Below are positions 62,323 through 64,000 of a DNA stretch of 64,000 nt, in pieces. Source of the DNA: Candidatus Hydrogenedentales bacterium (GTDB taxonomy: Bacteria; Hydrogenedentota; Hydrogenedentia; Hydrogenedentales; SLHB01); the NCBI GenBank assembly GCA_050950105.1, contig JBMNGZ010000001.1:236759-300758 (forward strand), in the 5' to 3' direction. The position numbers were made by a program, and so were the translations under genes. The notes under the pieces are model-generated. The model was not told where the DNA came from. It was given only the letters and a program-made list of their open reading frames with translations, and ran no database searches. How positions within the stretch are numbered: position 1 is the first letter of the stretch; every line of letters starts with the position of its first letter.

Positions 62323-62576
62323 AACAAACTTCCTTAGCTATTCCCGGCAAATAAACCCAACGAGAGACCTCGCACTGCCTCGAACTCGCAGCGGAGGCGG
62401 CCCCGAACTGATCTTTTCCGCATGCCGAAGCCTTATTCTAACTCATTTCATTATAGATGGTTGGCGTGAGACATTGAATGAACACAGCGGGCCGTTCAAA
62501 TAGTTCTTTTTTGCTTGACATAAAACAGTTTCATGGCATACAATGTGGACGAAAAACAAACGGAGGGTTTGCCCTG

Positions 62577-63077
62577 ATGGTACTGCAGAAAGAACTCGAC
62601 CTCGATCTGCCGTTTGAAGACATCCGCCACGAGGCGATGCTCGGCATTGTGCGAACGGTCACGCTGGCGTCCATTGTAGCCGGCAAGATGTTTCGGCAAT
62701 TTGGCCTCACGGAAGCCCAGTTCAACGTCTTGTTCGCCCTGAAATACAAGACACGGGCGCTGACCCAGGTCGAACTGGGGCGGCGTCTGGTGGTCACTCG
62801 TGCCACCGTGACCTCGGTGCTCGACAAGCTCGTGTCGAAGGGCTACGTGGAACGGCGCTCCGTTCCGGACAACCGGCGGAGCTATCACGTGGAACTGACG
62901 GCAGCGGGGCTCCGGGTGGTCAATGCCCTGGAGCCCGCCTATCGCGATACCATTCGCCAGGCACTGGGAGATTTGGACGAAAACGAAGTGAGACGGCTCA
63001 TTGGCCTTCTGGAGCCGGTTCGCGCGAGGCTGTGGGAATTGATAAACACGGCGAAACGCCGCGAATCGACAGGATAA
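62577..63077 (+). CDS. MarR-family transcriptional regulator
   Basis: Winged-helix LTEAQFNVLFAL...LTQVELGRRLVVTRATVTSVLDKLVSKGYVERRSVPDNRRSYHVELT. Confidence 0.8.
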   Translation: MVLQKELDLDLPFEDIRHEAMLGIVRTVTLASIVAGKMFRQFGLTEAQFNVLFALKYKTRALTQVELGRRLVVTRATVTSVLDKLVSKGYVERRSVPDNRRSYHVELTAAGLRVVNALEPAYRDTIRQALGDLDENEVRRLIGLLEPVRARLWELINTAKRRESTG

Positions 63078-63220
63078 CCTCCCGTGCACGGGAATGACCA
63101 TGGGAGAACGTGCAAGGGAGAACGTGCACGGGGGACCGTGCAAGGGAACGCTGACATTGGCGCGTTAATTGGCTATGATGTGGCTCATTTCGAACGGAGC
63201 CCTGCTTGAGGAGAATCAGC

Positions 63221-64000
63221 AATGGATAATGCAGCGCCGGCCCATCAACCGGATGCAAACGAGCGATTCGACGTCAAGGGATTCTGGGCGTTGATCGCCA
63301 CCATGTTTCAGGGGGCGTTTAATGACAATGCGTACAAGTTCGTATTGATCTATTACTTGTGCGATAAATTTGCAGATGAGGCGGCGGGCCGCCCGGCCAC
63401 GTGGGTTACCACCGTGCTCGCAGCCCTCGGCTTGTTGATGTTCGCCCTTCCGTACCTCTTGTTCCCGGGACTCACGGGCGCGCTGGCCGACCGGTACAGT
63501 AAGCGCACGGTGACCATTGCGACCAAGTGGTGGGAAGTGGGCGTGATGGTGGTCGGCTTGCTGGCCTTCTGGATCGACAGCGTCCCCTTGATGGCGGTGA
63601 TGTTCTTCATGATGAACATGCAGAGCGCGTTTTTCAGCCCCGCCAAATACGGGATTCTGCCGGAGATGCTGCCCGAAAGCCGGCTGTCGTGGGGCAATGG
63701 GCTTCTTCAGATGGCGACCTTCGTCGCGATCATCCTGGGCGTGGGGGTCGTGGGTCCTCTGATGGACCTGGGTCTGGGGGTCTACTGGCTGTCGGCGCTG
63801 CTCATCGTATTGTCGACCCTGGGCCTGCTGGCCTCGTACCAGGTGACGCCCGTGGCGGCGGCATGCCCGAACCGGCGCATTTCCCTTAATCCCTGGTCTG
63901 GGCTTGGGAAATACTTTCAGTGCTTCTGGCGGGACCATGTGCTGTTCCTGACGATGGTCGGCGGCGGGTTTTTCTGGTTTTTCGGCGGTCTGATGCAGAG
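63221..64000 (+). CDS. MFS transporter (LplT-like), 3' end beyond window
   Basis: ATG at 63221, open to the window end. Multiple TM helices. Not in the ORF track because no stop is reached. Confidence 0.6.

Overview
This 64-kb window is about 60% GC and reads as an accessory, defense-rich stretch of a bacterial chromosome. The pseudopilin-rich type II secretion cluster, the DUF1573 protein and the flagellar genes suggest a PVC/Planctomycetota-like organism, but that is low-confidence inference. The low-coordinate half is a defense island on the minus strand. It begins with a giant SF2 helicase that carries a DUF1998/MZB cysteine cluster and runs off the window edge (>1380 aa), preceded by a 981-aa partner ORF; together these resemble a Druantia type III DruH/DruE pair. 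An IS5-family transposase remnant follows. Next is a 29-repeat CRISPR array (36-nt repeat, 7672-9740) whose leader and promoter face a compact type I-G-like cas operon: cas2, a cas4-cas1 fusion, csb2 (cas5-cas6 fusion), a csb1-like cas7, an unexplained 265-aa gene where cas8u2 would normally sit, and a cas3 with a C-terminal HD domain. Beyond cas3 lies a mosaic of REP-like palindromic elements, two roughly 215-bp direct repeats bracketing a lower-GC cassette of three secreted LolA-like paralogs, an rve transposase fragment, an sbcD/sbcC-like pair and a truncated DUF262 (GmrSD-like) gene. The middle of the window holds a type II secretion cluster (gspE divergent from gspG-H-I-J-K-L-M-C-D-F) in which gspD and gspF look disrupted. 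After it comes a lower-GC island with an ECF sigma factor, further LolA-like paralogs, a 13-Cys secreted small protein, a DUF1573 protein, a zinc-finger anti-sigma factor and SPASM-domain proteins, all within a 1.3-kb segmental duplication. The high-coordinate end carries housekeeping genes: fliS, fliD, a GspF/PilC-family protein, a methyltransferase, a YfcH-like oxidoreductase, a DASS permease, a MarR regulator and a partial MFS transporter. Several in-frame stops and frameshifts (gspF, gspD, the anti-sigma factor, one LolA-like paralog) suggest either real gene decay or assembly errors. All calls come from manual motif reading; no database searches were run.
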